Assembly: GCA_965228895.1 (NCBI GenBank)
Contig: OZ245842.1
Coordinates: 864,001-928,000 of the forward strand
Length of the DNA stretch: 64,000 bases
Origin: Alphaproteobacteria bacterium
Lineage (GTDB): Bacteria > Pseudomonadota > Alphaproteobacteria > SP197
Direction: 5' to 3'
In this document: positions 20,900-29,731 of the stretch, in pieces
Layout: each line of letters begins with the position of its first letter
Numbering within the stretch: the first letter of the stretch is position 1
The notes under the pieces: model-generated
What the model was told of the DNA's origin: nothing
Databases searched by the model: none
What the model saw: the letters and a program-made list of their open reading frames with translations, nothing else
Translations under genes and position numbers: made by a program

Positions 20900-22365
20900 T
20901 CGCCGGCTTGCCAGAGCGAGCTCTTTGGGAAAGAGCCGGAGAGCAAAGTTCACGAGAGCGCACTGTACGAGAAAGGCGAGCCGTCGAAATCTGGGGTCGC
21001 CGACATTCGAAGCCGAGTGTATTTGATGATCGTCCCGAACGTGCCCGGCCTGGGACAGAAGGATGGCGAATGGTCTCTACCTCAGCCGCTCAGGCAAATA
21101 CGACCACGGGCTCAACAACGTTCAGGTCGCCGCCCTATAGCGAGGCATGGGAACCGCGAGGCGAGAAAGCACGAATGTCGGGCGGAGTGTTTCCGTCTCC
21201 GCCCTGGGCTGGCGGAGGTGTCGAGCCCCCCTCGTCTCGCGAAGTTCCCGAAGTGAGGCGCGAAGGGCCAGTATTCGGTCGAAGGGGAAACATATTCGGA
21301 AACTACTTTGGTTGGGGTGAGGCCCTGGACGATCCGCTAAGTCCGGCAAGCCCGGTTGACTTGGTCGCTTGGTATCATGACCAAGAGTATGGAGCAATCC
21401 AACGGAAGTACGGAGCAAGCTCTGATCCTGTTGAGGCATACTTTGAGCCTTTCACACGTTTTGATCGTCCGGAGTTCATGTATGACTTGGCGATGGCAGA
21501 CCTTCGATTCAATGAGAACTCTTGGAGTTTTATTGGTCAAGCCATGGATCAAGGCTTCTATCGCGGCGCCGCTGAATTGTTGGCTGCCGACATAGTAATG
21601 TCTTCTCTCGCTTGGGTGTTTCACACTGCGCTCGCGGGCGTGAGACTTGCAGTCTACGGGACGCAGGTTGTCTTTGGTGGACTTTACAAAGTGTTCGCTG
21701 GAGAGATGTCGATCGGTAATTACTTAGTGAGCATAATGGAGGGAGGGGCAAAAATACTTGCCGCAGTAGGATACTTCATCGCCGGCACGGTTCGCGGAGT
21801 ATGGAACTTCGGTGCGGCGACGTTGCGTGGGATAGCGCGAGACCCTGTGCGGGGCTTATCGGGTGTTGCGCTCGGTGCGGCCGCCGGTAGCGTGTTCGGT
21901 CCAATAGGAACTGTTGTCGGAGGTATCATCGGGGGAGCGATTGGTGGCGGTGGCGGATGCTTTATCACGACTGCTGTGTGTGAGGCACATGGTTTGCCCG
22001 ATGAGCACGAGTTGCTTGTAGAGTTACGTCGATTCCGTGACGGCTACATGTCCCGAGATCCCTCGGCGCGGAGTCTGGTCGAGGCCTATTACCGTGTATC
22101 ACCGCTGATCGTTGCTGAATTCGCTCTAAGGCCAGACAAAGACGACATCTACCGCGAGCTGTTTGCACGTTATCTGGTTCCTGCGTTCAATATGGTCCGT
22201 CGAGGTCGTTATAGAGCAGCGCTAAGTGTGTATCGCGCAATGTTGCTTCGCGCAGCTTCGAAGGCAGGGCTGCGTCATGAGTTAGACCGTTTCCCGGCCA
22301 TTGATCGCTATCGATCCTTGCCGGATTGGGATCCTTCGACGACGGGAATTCTGACAGCTACGTAG
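20896..22365 (+). CDS. CFI-box-CTERM domain protein with glycine-zipper hydrophobic region
   Basis: GGGGCFITTAVC...LRRFRDGYM...LVEAYYRVSPLIV preceded by GxxxG repeats. GTGA overlap start assumed. Confidence 0.72.
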   Translation: MIAGLPERALWERAGEQSSRERTVRERRAVEIWGRRHSKPSVFDDRPERARPGTEGWRMVSTSAAQANTTTGSTTFRSPPYSEAWEPRGEKARMSGGVFPSPPWAGGGVEPPSSREVPEVRREGPVFGRRGNIFGNYFGWGEALDDPLSPASPVDLVAWYHDQEYGAIQRKYGASSDPVEAYFEPFTRFDRPEFMYDLAMADLRFNENSWSFIGQAMDQGFYRGAAELLAADIVMSSLAWVFHTALAGVRLAVYGTQVVFGGLYKVFAGEMSIGNYLVSIMEGGAKILAAVGYFIAGTVRGVWNFGAATLRGIARDPVRGLSGVALGAAAGSVFGPIGTVVGGIIGGAIGGGGGCFITTAVCEAHGLPDEHELLVELRRFRDGYMSRDPSARSLVEAYYRVSPLIVAEFALRPDKDDIYRELFARYLVPAFNMVRRGRYRAALSVYRAMLLRAASKAGLRHELDRFPAIDRYRSLPDWDPSTTGILTAT

Positions 22366-22485
22366 GATGAGACTCAGGCTTTCTGCGTGTTTGCCGTATC
22401 TCCTGTTCTGCACCGAGACCGCCGGAAATATGTCGGCCAGTAGAGTACGCGGCTTGCAGACATAGATTCTAAGCTGAGGAGCTGA

Positions 22486-22788
22486 GGATTCTACGCGCAG
22501 AAAGACAAGGAAACTGCGCGCCTCGCGGATATCGGTTTCGTGTTGTGGGACGGCAAGAGTGCGGGATCGGTGGCCAATATTCTTGAGCTGTTGAAGAAGG
22601 ACAAGAAGGTTGTCGCCTACTACGCGCCCGGCAAGCAGTTCCACAATCTGTGTTCGATCGAGGATGTTGAACCCCTATGTCAGAAATGCGAGCCGGATAC
22701 CTTTGATACGATCAGCCGCAAGGTGCGGCTGTCAAGCTCACTGCGCGACATGCGAAACGGCAGGCATACGATGTTCCAGCCGCTCTAA
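22486..22788 (+). pseudogene. 5'-truncated SLOG (YspA-like) protein fragment
   Basis: GFYAQKDKETARLADIGFVLWDGKSAGSVANI with an in-frame stop just upstream, inside a GCTGAGGA tandem duplication. Confidence 0.55.
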
Positions 22789-22892
22789 CAGTGCAGTCTT
22801 GAGCGAACTGCGTCGCTCACTCAGACGCTAAGCTTAGCAGTACCATCGTAATGGGAGCGTAACAGCATGGTACAGACCGTAACATCCTATGC

Positions 22893-22921
22893 TTGACAAG
22901 ATTAGCAGCGCTAAGTACAAC
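22893..22921 (+). promoter_or_regulatory. sigma70-type promoter of the Argonaute operon with an internal palindromic operator
   Basis: TTGACA(22893)-17 nt-TACAAC(22916), with ATG 7 nt later. The spacer contains TTAGC-agc-GCTAA. Confidence 0.7.
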
Positions 22922-22928
22922 AAGCACT

Positions 22929-23288
22929 ATGACAGAATCTACTGAAAAACTCGGTACGTTTCTGGCGTCGACGCGCAACAAGCTCGGACTCACATTGAGG
23001 ACTGTTGAAAAGCAGGTTGGGATTTCCAACGCGTATCTGAGCCAGTTGGAGCACGGAAAAATCAAGATGCCCGCTCCGCAGAACCTGCACAAGCTAGCCC
23101 AATTGTATCGGTTGCCCTACGAGCTCTTGATGGAGCTGGCCGGGTATCCGGTACCAAGGCCGAAAGCGGGGAGCGCAAGACAAAAGCTGGATTCATTATC
23201 GGCGAGAATTGGATCGGTGAGCAAAGAGGAGGAAGAGGCGCTTGTAGAATATCTGCAGTTCATCCGGTCAAGAAAGCGGAGGCGATAG
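22929..23288 (+). CDS. XRE-family HTH transcriptional regulator
   Basis: LTLRTVEKQVGISNAYLSQLEHGK..P...LHKLAQLY. Confidence 0.88.
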   Translation: MTESTEKLGTFLASTRNKLGLTLRTVEKQVGISNAYLSQLEHGKIKMPAPQNLHKLAQLYRLPYELLMELAGYPVPRPKAGSARQKLDSLSARIGSVSKEEEEALVEYLQFIRSRKRRR

Positions 23289-24230
23289 ATGCGATGGTCG
23301 TACTCCGCAAGCCGTTCATTTCGTCAATGCCAGCGTCAGTGGTACTTCAAGAACATCGTGGCCAGCGCGAAGGCGAAAGACCCGCTACGAAAACGCGCCT
23401 ATCTTCTGAGCAAGCTGCAAAGCGTGAGTGCTTGGCGGGGCCGGATTGTGGATGACGTCATATCAAACGTCATTGTTCCCTGCATTAACCGAAACACCTG
23501 CATAACGCTAAAACAGGCCAAGGAGCGTGCCCGGAATCTGTTTGAAAGGCAACTCGCCTTTGGGCGGCGCCATCCAATTGACGACCTGAACCTTCGCGTG
23601 TCTGAGCAGGGGGAAGATTTCGCCGCCTTCCACGCCATGGAGTACAATCGCGGACTTTCACAAACAGAGATAGACCGGGCATGGTCCGAGATTGAAACCG
23701 CGTTGGAAAACCTCTTTAGGCTGCATGATCTCAAGCGCATCATGAAGTCTTCCGACTACATTGTAACGCAGCGAGCACTCCAGTTCCCGCTCATGGACGG
23801 AATAACCGTTCTTGCCTATCCTGATGCCATAGCTTTTCAATCTGGCTCGTCGCCAATCCTCATTGATTGGAAGGTTCACGTCTTTGGGAAGAATGACGCT
23901 TGGCTGCAGCTAGCGATCTATGCGATAGCGCTGCAACGGTGCAAGCCCCATGCGGATTTTCCGGCGCTGCCGGAAGCCCCTCTTCAGGACATAAAACTCT
24001 ACGAGGTACAACTCCTAACAAACGTTGTGCGCGAACACGCTCTTGATGCCGATCAGTTTATTGAGGCTGAGGAGTACATGATCGCGTCTGCATACGAGAT
24101 GACGTGTCTTACGGAAGGAGAGAAGTACGCCAGGCTGGACATGGAAGACTTTACGCCAGCCTTGCATGCGCAAACATGCCAGCGCTGTGCGTTTCGGAAA
24201 TTGTGCTGGAAGGATGAGCATGTCCATTGA
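23289..24230 (+). CDS. Cas4/AddB-like PD-(D/E)XK nuclease with 1+3 Cys (4Fe-4S-type) motif
   Basis: SYS...C14, YPD, IDWK, QLAIY, C-terminal C297-xx-C300-x5-C306. Confidence 0.85.
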   Translation: MRWSYSASRSFRQCQRQWYFKNIVASAKAKDPLRKRAYLLSKLQSVSAWRGRIVDDVISNVIVPCINRNTCITLKQAKERARNLFERQLAFGRRHPIDDLNLRVSEQGEDFAAFHAMEYNRGLSQTEIDRAWSEIETALENLFRLHDLKRIMKSSDYIVTQRALQFPLMDGITVLAYPDAIAFQSGSSPILIDWKVHVFGKNDAWLQLAIYAIALQRCKPHADFPALPEAPLQDIKLYEVQLLTNVVREHALDADQFIEAEEYMIASAYEMTCLTEGEKYARLDMEDFTPALHAQTCQRCAFRKLCWKDEHVH

Positions 24231-26592
24231 ATCGAACTGTTTTCGCATTAACGGGCTGGGCAATCTTCGTGCCGAGTACCGGCTGTTTCAAATCGCGGGA
24301 TTGCAGCGGGAAACGCCCGAATACTATGCGAATGTCCAGCGCATTGTTCGTCAATTGAGCTACCAGATGAAAGCGCCGGTGACGACTTACGACCTAGATC
24401 GGCAAACGTCTCTGGTTGTGCCCAAAGGTTTCGGCGATCCGCCGGATCATGTGACGCTGGTAGGTGCAGTGGCTGCCCTGAAGGACACCGGTGAGGCGAT
24501 TGAACTAAACTTTAAAAGGCCCTGCGCTGAGCTGGATCCCGTCAGGCTGCGGTTTCTGCAGTTTGTGTTTCAAGACCCGCTTTGGAACAACCCGCAGCTA
24601 TGGCAACCGAGCGCTGGCAAGCCGTTCTTTTTCAAGAAGCCGGCAAAGCAACTCGGAAAGCTCGATTTGTATGAAGGCTTCACCATAAGGGTGACGCCGC
24701 ATCCGGAAGGCGGCTTTGGGATCACGCTCGATTTGCGCAGGAAGTTGGTATCAAGATCGGCGCTTCCGGCAAACATGTCGCGGGAACAGGCCAACAAATT
24801 CAAGGGAAGGTCCTGCCTCTATAAAATGGGTCATGTCTGGTACGAAGTGAGCATTGCCGGGCTTGCGGACCTGAATATTGGGGAGCCGTCGATTCCGTTA
24901 AGCGGAAAGGCGGTGAGCTTGGTTGACTATCTTCACAGCAAGTCGCCAAAACCCGTTCCGTCCTCGATCGCCAACCTGTCTCCTGACGGCGCTGCAATCT
25001 ACTACAGGACCACCGGTCCGGATCAGAAGGCTGCACCGGCGCAGCTCTGTTATCTGGTGGAAGACACGCACGACCGGGAAGGAGCGCGGCATCAACCGGA
25101 AACCGTAATCGGGCCGTTTGATCGTCATCGGCAAATCGGCAGCATTGTTCGGCGCTTTCTCTCAAGTGTTTATGTTGGCGGCGCGAATTTGTCGGTTTCG
25201 GAGACTCCCGCGCGCATACGAACCAAACCGTTCGAAGTGCCAAGTTTGCTGTTGGGCAACAACACCGTGCTCTCGCTCGATAAGTCTGATCGCGGGATCG
25301 TGGCCGCGATAAAGGATTATGCACGAAGCCGACTGAATCTGCTGGATGATGAAGCCGCCGGGTTCTACGAGCGGAGCCTTCTGGACCGGCAGTACATCAT
25401 CTTGCCAAAAAGCATCGCGAACAGCAGCGGACAGCAGTTCCTCACTGAGCTCATGGCGCGCGTGGACGCGCTTTATCCCGTCGGAGGGGATTACCAACCC
25501 GAGTTGATTGTCTATGACGATCTCAGCCAAAGTAGGGACTTTGTAGGTCAGTCGCGAGCGATAAAGGAGGCCATTGAAGCCTCCGGGGTAAAGCCCGGAT
25601 ATGCGCTTATCATGGTGCACCGTTACGACCGCCGCGCCAGATCGGCAGACCAATTGGCCGCCTGGGTTGTCAAGGAGTTTGCACGGCAGTTTGAAGTTAA
25701 GGCATCCGTGGTTCACACCGACGTTATCAGGAAGTCCTACACGGGCGTGACCCGCGATGGTGAAACCAAATACGTCGTCAAAGCAGGTCAGCAGAAGCGG
25801 TTGTCAGGTTATCTGCGCAATGTTGCTCTCAACAAAGTGCTCCTTGCGAATGGGAAATGGCCGTTCGTGTTGAACTCATCTCTTCACGCGGATGTGGTGA
25901 TAGGGATTGATGTAAAGAACAGCACCGCTGCTTTCACGCTCATCGCGAATGGCGGAAGGATCATCCGGTTTTCTACAAGCCCGTCTAAGCAAAAAGAACA
26001 ATTGCTGAAAAATCAGGTTGCAAAGTTTGTAGGCGAACTCATTCGCAAGGAATCTTCGTATTTCGACAAGCCGCCTAAAGAGATTGTCATACATCGGGAC
26101 GGACGAGCTTGGAGATCGGAGATCGCCGGGCTGCACGAATCCTGCAGGAGCCTTGCTAGAGATGGATATCTGGATGCGGGTTGGCGGCTCACGGTGCTCG
26201 AGATTGCGAAAACCGCTCCGGCTCCGTTGCGGCTTTTCAATGTCAAGCCATCAAACAGAGGCGCCGGACTCTATGTTGAGAATCCGCTGGTGGGCAGCTG
26301 GGCAGAGATGTCCGAAGATGAAGGATTTGTATGCACGACGGGCAAGCCTTTCAGAATTCCTGGTACGGCAAACCCTTTGCACGTGCGGCGTGTCGCCGGA
26401 ACGATGCCGATGGAAAAGTGCCTGTCGGACGTGTTTTCCCTGAGCTGTTTGACATGGACACGCCCTGAAGGGGCCATACGCCTTCCAATCTCAATAAAAC
26501 TCTGTGACCGGAGCTTGTTTGACGAGGCCGCCGAATATGACGAGGACGCCATTAAGTTTGACAATGACAATTTGGCCGGGGCGATGAAATGA
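24220..26592 (+). CDS. long prokaryotic Argonaute (790 aa), PIWI domain with DEDD tetrad
   Basis: PIWI motifs VIGIDV (D564), KEQL (E593), IVIHRDGR (D627), GTANPL, LTWTRP..RLPISIKLCD (D763). Size fits N-PAZ-MID-PIWI. Confidence 0.9.
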   Translation: MSIESNCFRINGLGNLRAEYRLFQIAGLQRETPEYYANVQRIVRQLSYQMKAPVTTYDLDRQTSLVVPKGFGDPPDHVTLVGAVAALKDTGEAIELNFKRPCAELDPVRLRFLQFVFQDPLWNNPQLWQPSAGKPFFFKKPAKQLGKLDLYEGFTIRVTPHPEGGFGITLDLRRKLVSRSALPANMSREQANKFKGRSCLYKMGHVWYEVSIAGLADLNIGEPSIPLSGKAVSLVDYLHSKSPKPVPSSIANLSPDGAAIYYRTTGPDQKAAPAQLCYLVEDTHDREGARHQPETVIGPFDRHRQIGSIVRRFLSSVYVGGANLSVSETPARIRTKPFEVPSLLLGNNTVLSLDKSDRGIVAAIKDYARSRLNLLDDEAAGFYERSLLDRQYIILPKSIANSSGQQFLTELMARVDALYPVGGDYQPELIVYDDLSQSRDFVGQSRAIKEAIEASGVKPGYALIMVHRYDRRARSADQLAAWVVKEFARQFEVKASVVHTDVIRKSYTGVTRDGETKYVVKAGQQKRLSGYLRNVALNKVLLANGKWPFVLNSSLHADVVIGIDVKNSTAAFTLIANGGRIIRFSTSPSKQKEQLLKNQVAKFVGELIRKESSYFDKPPKEIVIHRDGRAWRSEIAGLHESCRSLARDGYLDAGWRLTVLEIAKTAPAPLRLFNVKPSNRGAGLYVENPLVGSWAEMSEDEGFVCTTGKPFRIPGTANPLHVRRVAGTMPMEKCLSDVFSLSCLTWTRPEGAIRLPISIKLCDRSLFDEAAEYDEDAIKFDNDNLAGAMK

Positions 26593-26957
26593 GCGATTTG
26601 AGCTTGTTGAGCGGGGTTTATGCGAATGTCGAGGAGTACGCGACCCTCGTTGATCGCGTTATTGAGCTCTTGAGGACAGCAGGCTCTGATCCGCGTAATC
26701 AGGATCAGAGCAAGCTCGCTCAGCTTCTCATCGACGCGGGCGACCAAGGGCTTACGTCGCAATCATATGAAGCATTGATGCTGGATAGCCTGCTGCGCTC
26801 AAGCACAGGCGAACCAGTGCTCAATCTTAAGCTTCTCGGCGAGCGTCTCCAAAGCCGCGAGGTTGATGCGATCTATCAAAAACAGCTTGAGATGCTCGCA
26901 TCGGAGTTGGAAGCGGAACGAGCAGAGGTGGCAAGCCGCCTCCGGGGACGTAAGTGA
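26589..26957 (+). CDS. small alpha-helical hypothetical protein, Argonaute operon
   Basis: ATGA overlap with the pAgo stop, amphipathic helices, C-terminal coiled coil. Confidence 0.78.
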   Translation: MSDLSLLSGVYANVEEYATLVDRVIELLRTAGSDPRNQDQSKLAQLLIDAGDQGLTSQSYEALMLDSLLRSSTGEPVLNLKLLGERLQSREVDAIYQKQLEMLASELEAERAEVASRLRGRK

Positions 26958-28105
26958 TTGAAACCTACCTCATTGGCTCGATCAACCAGTCTTTGGAGAG
27001 AATACGCCAGCTCCGTCAAATCATTCAGGGACAATACCCGCGCGAATATGACGGGTTGCGGCAGGTCTGCTTAACCCGGCTTGACGCGGCGCAGGCCGAT
27101 CTCAAACGGCTGGCGCAGGAACCGGTGGTGGACAAGGGATTGCAAACGCCGCGCCGGATAAGAGAGTTCAAACGCGTGGTTGAACACCTTAACGCAGTTG
27201 AAGGCGTCGGCGTGTTTGCGCTCAAGAGGACGAGCGCCGAAGATCATGTTCTGAATTTCTTGATTACCGAACTGTGCCAAGAAATTCGGTACCCGCTTGT
27301 TCCCCCGGTGATTAGTCAGATGTCGCAAGATTATTTTCACATCTATCCGGAGTTCAATTTATTGTGCGTTCCCCTCATCGAAGGGCGCTTTCTTTTGCAC
27401 TTGCCGGATATCTATCACGAACTTTGCCATCCCTTTCATCGTGCGCAGCATACGGACTTGCCGACGCTCGAAGCCTATCACGCCTGTTTCAAGAACAGCC
27501 TGTTTGCGATGGTGGAGCACTTCCAGATTGAAGCCGTCGCGGCAGACCGTCTGCGCAAGCCCGAAGGTAAGCGTTTTCAGATACAACTCTGGAAAACTTG
27601 CTGGGTGAAATACTGGATGGAGGAATTGTACTGCGATCTGTTCGGGGTGCTGACTGCGGGGCCGGCCTTTGTCTGGTCGCACTATCATCTCTGCATCAAG
27701 CGGGGCGGCAATCCGTTTGAAACGCCTCTGACGTTCGCGGCAACACACCCTGCGGACGATGCGCGCATGAAAGCTATGCTGAAGATGCTGGCCCAGATGG
27801 ATGGGTATGACCCTGAAGCAGGGTCGATCAGGGATGCCTGGAGCGATTTTCTTCAGACAATGAGCTTCAGGCAAGAGCCGGAGTACCGGCAATGCTATTC
27901 CGATGATCTGCTTTCCGTCATTGTGAAGGAAGCCAAGAGCGGCGTGGAGAAGGTCGGCATTGAGACGGCCGGAAAAGACTCTCCGACCATGATCGTAAGC
28001 CTGCTCAATGATGCGTGGCGGGAGTTCTGGAAAAATCCGCAACGCTATCAGTCCTGGGAAGGTCAGAAGTTGGCCTGCCTGCAAAAGAGCATCGCCAAAA
28101 CCTGA
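26954..28105 (+). CDS. HExxH zinc metallopeptidase-like protein, Argonaute operon
   Basis: GTGA overlap. YHELCH (H155), downstream EELYCD third-ligand motif and THP...R, a gluzincin/M48/IrrE-like layout. Confidence 0.7.
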   Translation: MIETYLIGSINQSLERIRQLRQIIQGQYPREYDGLRQVCLTRLDAAQADLKRLAQEPVVDKGLQTPRRIREFKRVVEHLNAVEGVGVFALKRTSAEDHVLNFLITELCQEIRYPLVPPVISQMSQDYFHIYPEFNLLCVPLIEGRFLLHLPDIYHELCHPFHRAQHTDLPTLEAYHACFKNSLFAMVEHFQIEAVAADRLRKPEGKRFQIQLWKTCWVKYWMEELYCDLFGVLTAGPAFVWSHYHLCIKRGGNPFETPLTFAATHPADDARMKAMLKMLAQMDGYDPEAGSIRDAWSDFLQTMSFRQEPEYRQCYSDDLLSVIVKEAKSGVEKVGIETAGKDSPTMIVSLLNDAWREFWKNPQRYQSWEGQKLACLQKSIAKT

Positions 28106-28267
28106 GCGACGTTGCTCAAGGCATTTGACCATTCAGGAGAATACTGGACGCTTTAATACCTGTCTATTCGGCCAAACGAAATTTCGGAGCTTTAAGCGGG
28201 TGAGGTCTTGTTTTTTGACCTCATCCGCAGTTGACCTTCACCCCTGAAACATCTCCGCTTTGAGGTT

Positions 28268-28600
28268 AGAGCGCTTTCCGATCAGTCGCGGTCATATCCT
28301 TGCACTCCTAGAGCGTGAAAGTGTCGATGGTTCGGGCGATGGCGTCCGAGAGATCATCGACGGTGCGTGCGGCGAGCTTCTATAGGAAGGCCCTGAACTT
28401 AGCGAAGGCAAGTTCGGTAGGATTGAAGTTGGGGCTGTAGGACGGCAGAGAGCGCAACTCGGCGCCGGCCGCCTCGATGGCCTGCCGGACGGCGGCCGGC
28501 TTGTGCGCCGGCAGGTTGTCCATGACGACGATGTGCCCCGGTGACAGTGTCGGCACCAGCACTTGCTCGACCTAGGCGAGGAACGCCTGGCCCCGCATTG
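28268..28600 (-). pseudogene. IS630-family transposase 3' remnant with probable terminal IR
   Basis: [11 protein letters not shown]...[17 protein letters not shown] with stops. Ends at TAGAGCGCTTTCCGAT. Confidence 0.8.
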
Positions 28601-28807
28601 TGCTGGGAATAAGTCACCACGGTCAATAACTTAGCCGACTGCTTTGACGACTAACGATGTAAATGATGATGTAGTGATAATGGTTTTGCGACTCTGGATG
28701 ACCACAGCCAATCATAAGTTCCAGCTCCCAGGTTCTAGTGGGAGGCGCGCAAACCAACTACCGATATTGGCCTTGAAAGTGGCGGTGTGACGATCCATGG
28801 GGCATCC

Positions 28808-29731
28808 TCACATCCGCTTGACGCTGCCGTCACCTGCGACGCAGATTACCGGCTCGACGAGTTCATACTCAGTCGCGTTTCGCTCAAAAGTCCCGATTCT
28901 TTCCTGTGAAAGTTCAAAGCTCATCAAATGCATGTCGGTCGTTTGATGATTGCCTTCGGCGGAGAACCCTGCATCAACGGCGATACCGCCACGTTCGGTG
29001 AGCAGATAGCGGGCATGGAAGTCCGCGCCGCCATTCTTCTGTCGCCAGCAGAAAATCGAGACACTAAGGCCGGCGGGAACGACACCGGGGAAAAGATTGT
29101 TGGCTTCCCGCTCCAGGTCTTCGTTCGTCGTCTTGTTGTCGTGATAGCGATAATGGATTTCGCAGATAGCATCCGGATTTTCGCCGCCGATGATGTTCAG
29201 ACACTCCCGCAACGTGTTCTTGTAGCGCTGGTTGAAGGGATCAAAGAACGGATCAACAAACAGGATGTGTGAGGCAGACCGGAGCATTTCCTTCATCGCT
29301 GCGGCGAGCGAAGGCGCGTCGCGTGTGATCGCACAATCATGTGGCACAGCCATGAGCGGGTGAAGCTCATCGAGGTCTTCGGCCAGTAAAACGGTATCGC
29401 TGCCGTCCGGATTCTGAGCCGCGATGATGGCCCGAAACGGATCGCGTTGTTGCTCAGTCAATGCGTTGTACAGCCAGTCGCCGGCGTCACGGTCATACGG
29501 ACGGCGCCTGCGCACCACCTTGTTCTTCCTTGCCAGATTAAGCGCTTCTTCGATGCGCTTTTTCTGGACCGGCGGCAAGCCGGCGGTCGCATCGTAAACT
29601 TCGCGGAACCATTTCTTCGGGAACTCAGATATCAGCCGGCCTTTATCGAAACCGAATTTCTCGATGACATACCGAAAGGTAGCCCAACTTGATCCAATCG
29701 CCTGCGGCTCTACCGCGTACTCGTAAAGCAT
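28808..29731 (-). CDS. hypothetical protein with C-terminal PLD/MIT_C-like motif, partner of the ABC ATPase
   Basis: FVDPF...FHARYLLT...VDAGF; TGATG overlap with the upstream ATPase. The fold call is inference. Confidence 0.65.
   Translation of the reverse strand: MLYEYAVEPQAIGSSWATFRYVIEKFGFDKGRLISEFPKKWFREVYDATAGLPPVQKKRIEEALNLARKNKVVRRRRPYDRDAGDWLYNALTEQQRDPFRAIIAAQNPDGSDTVLLAEDLDELHPLMAVPHDCAITRDAPSLAAAMKEMLRSASHILFVDPFFDPFNQRYKNTLRECLNIIGGENPDAICEIHYRYHDNKTTNEDLEREANNLFPGVVPAGLSVSIFCWRQKNGGADFHARYLLTERGGIAVDAGFSAEGNHQTTDMHLMSFELSQERIGTFERNATEYELVEPVICVAGDGSVKRM

Noticed and set aside
24220-26592. Catalytically dead long-B or short pAgo (SPARTA/SPARSA-type)
   Set aside because: The protein is full length with all four acidic catalytic positions, and no APAZ/TIR/SIR2 partner is present.
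22929-28800. CRISPR-Cas locus suggested by the Cas4-like gene
   Set aside because: No repeat-spacer array or cas1/cas2 seen in the window; the gene is coupled to pAgo instead.
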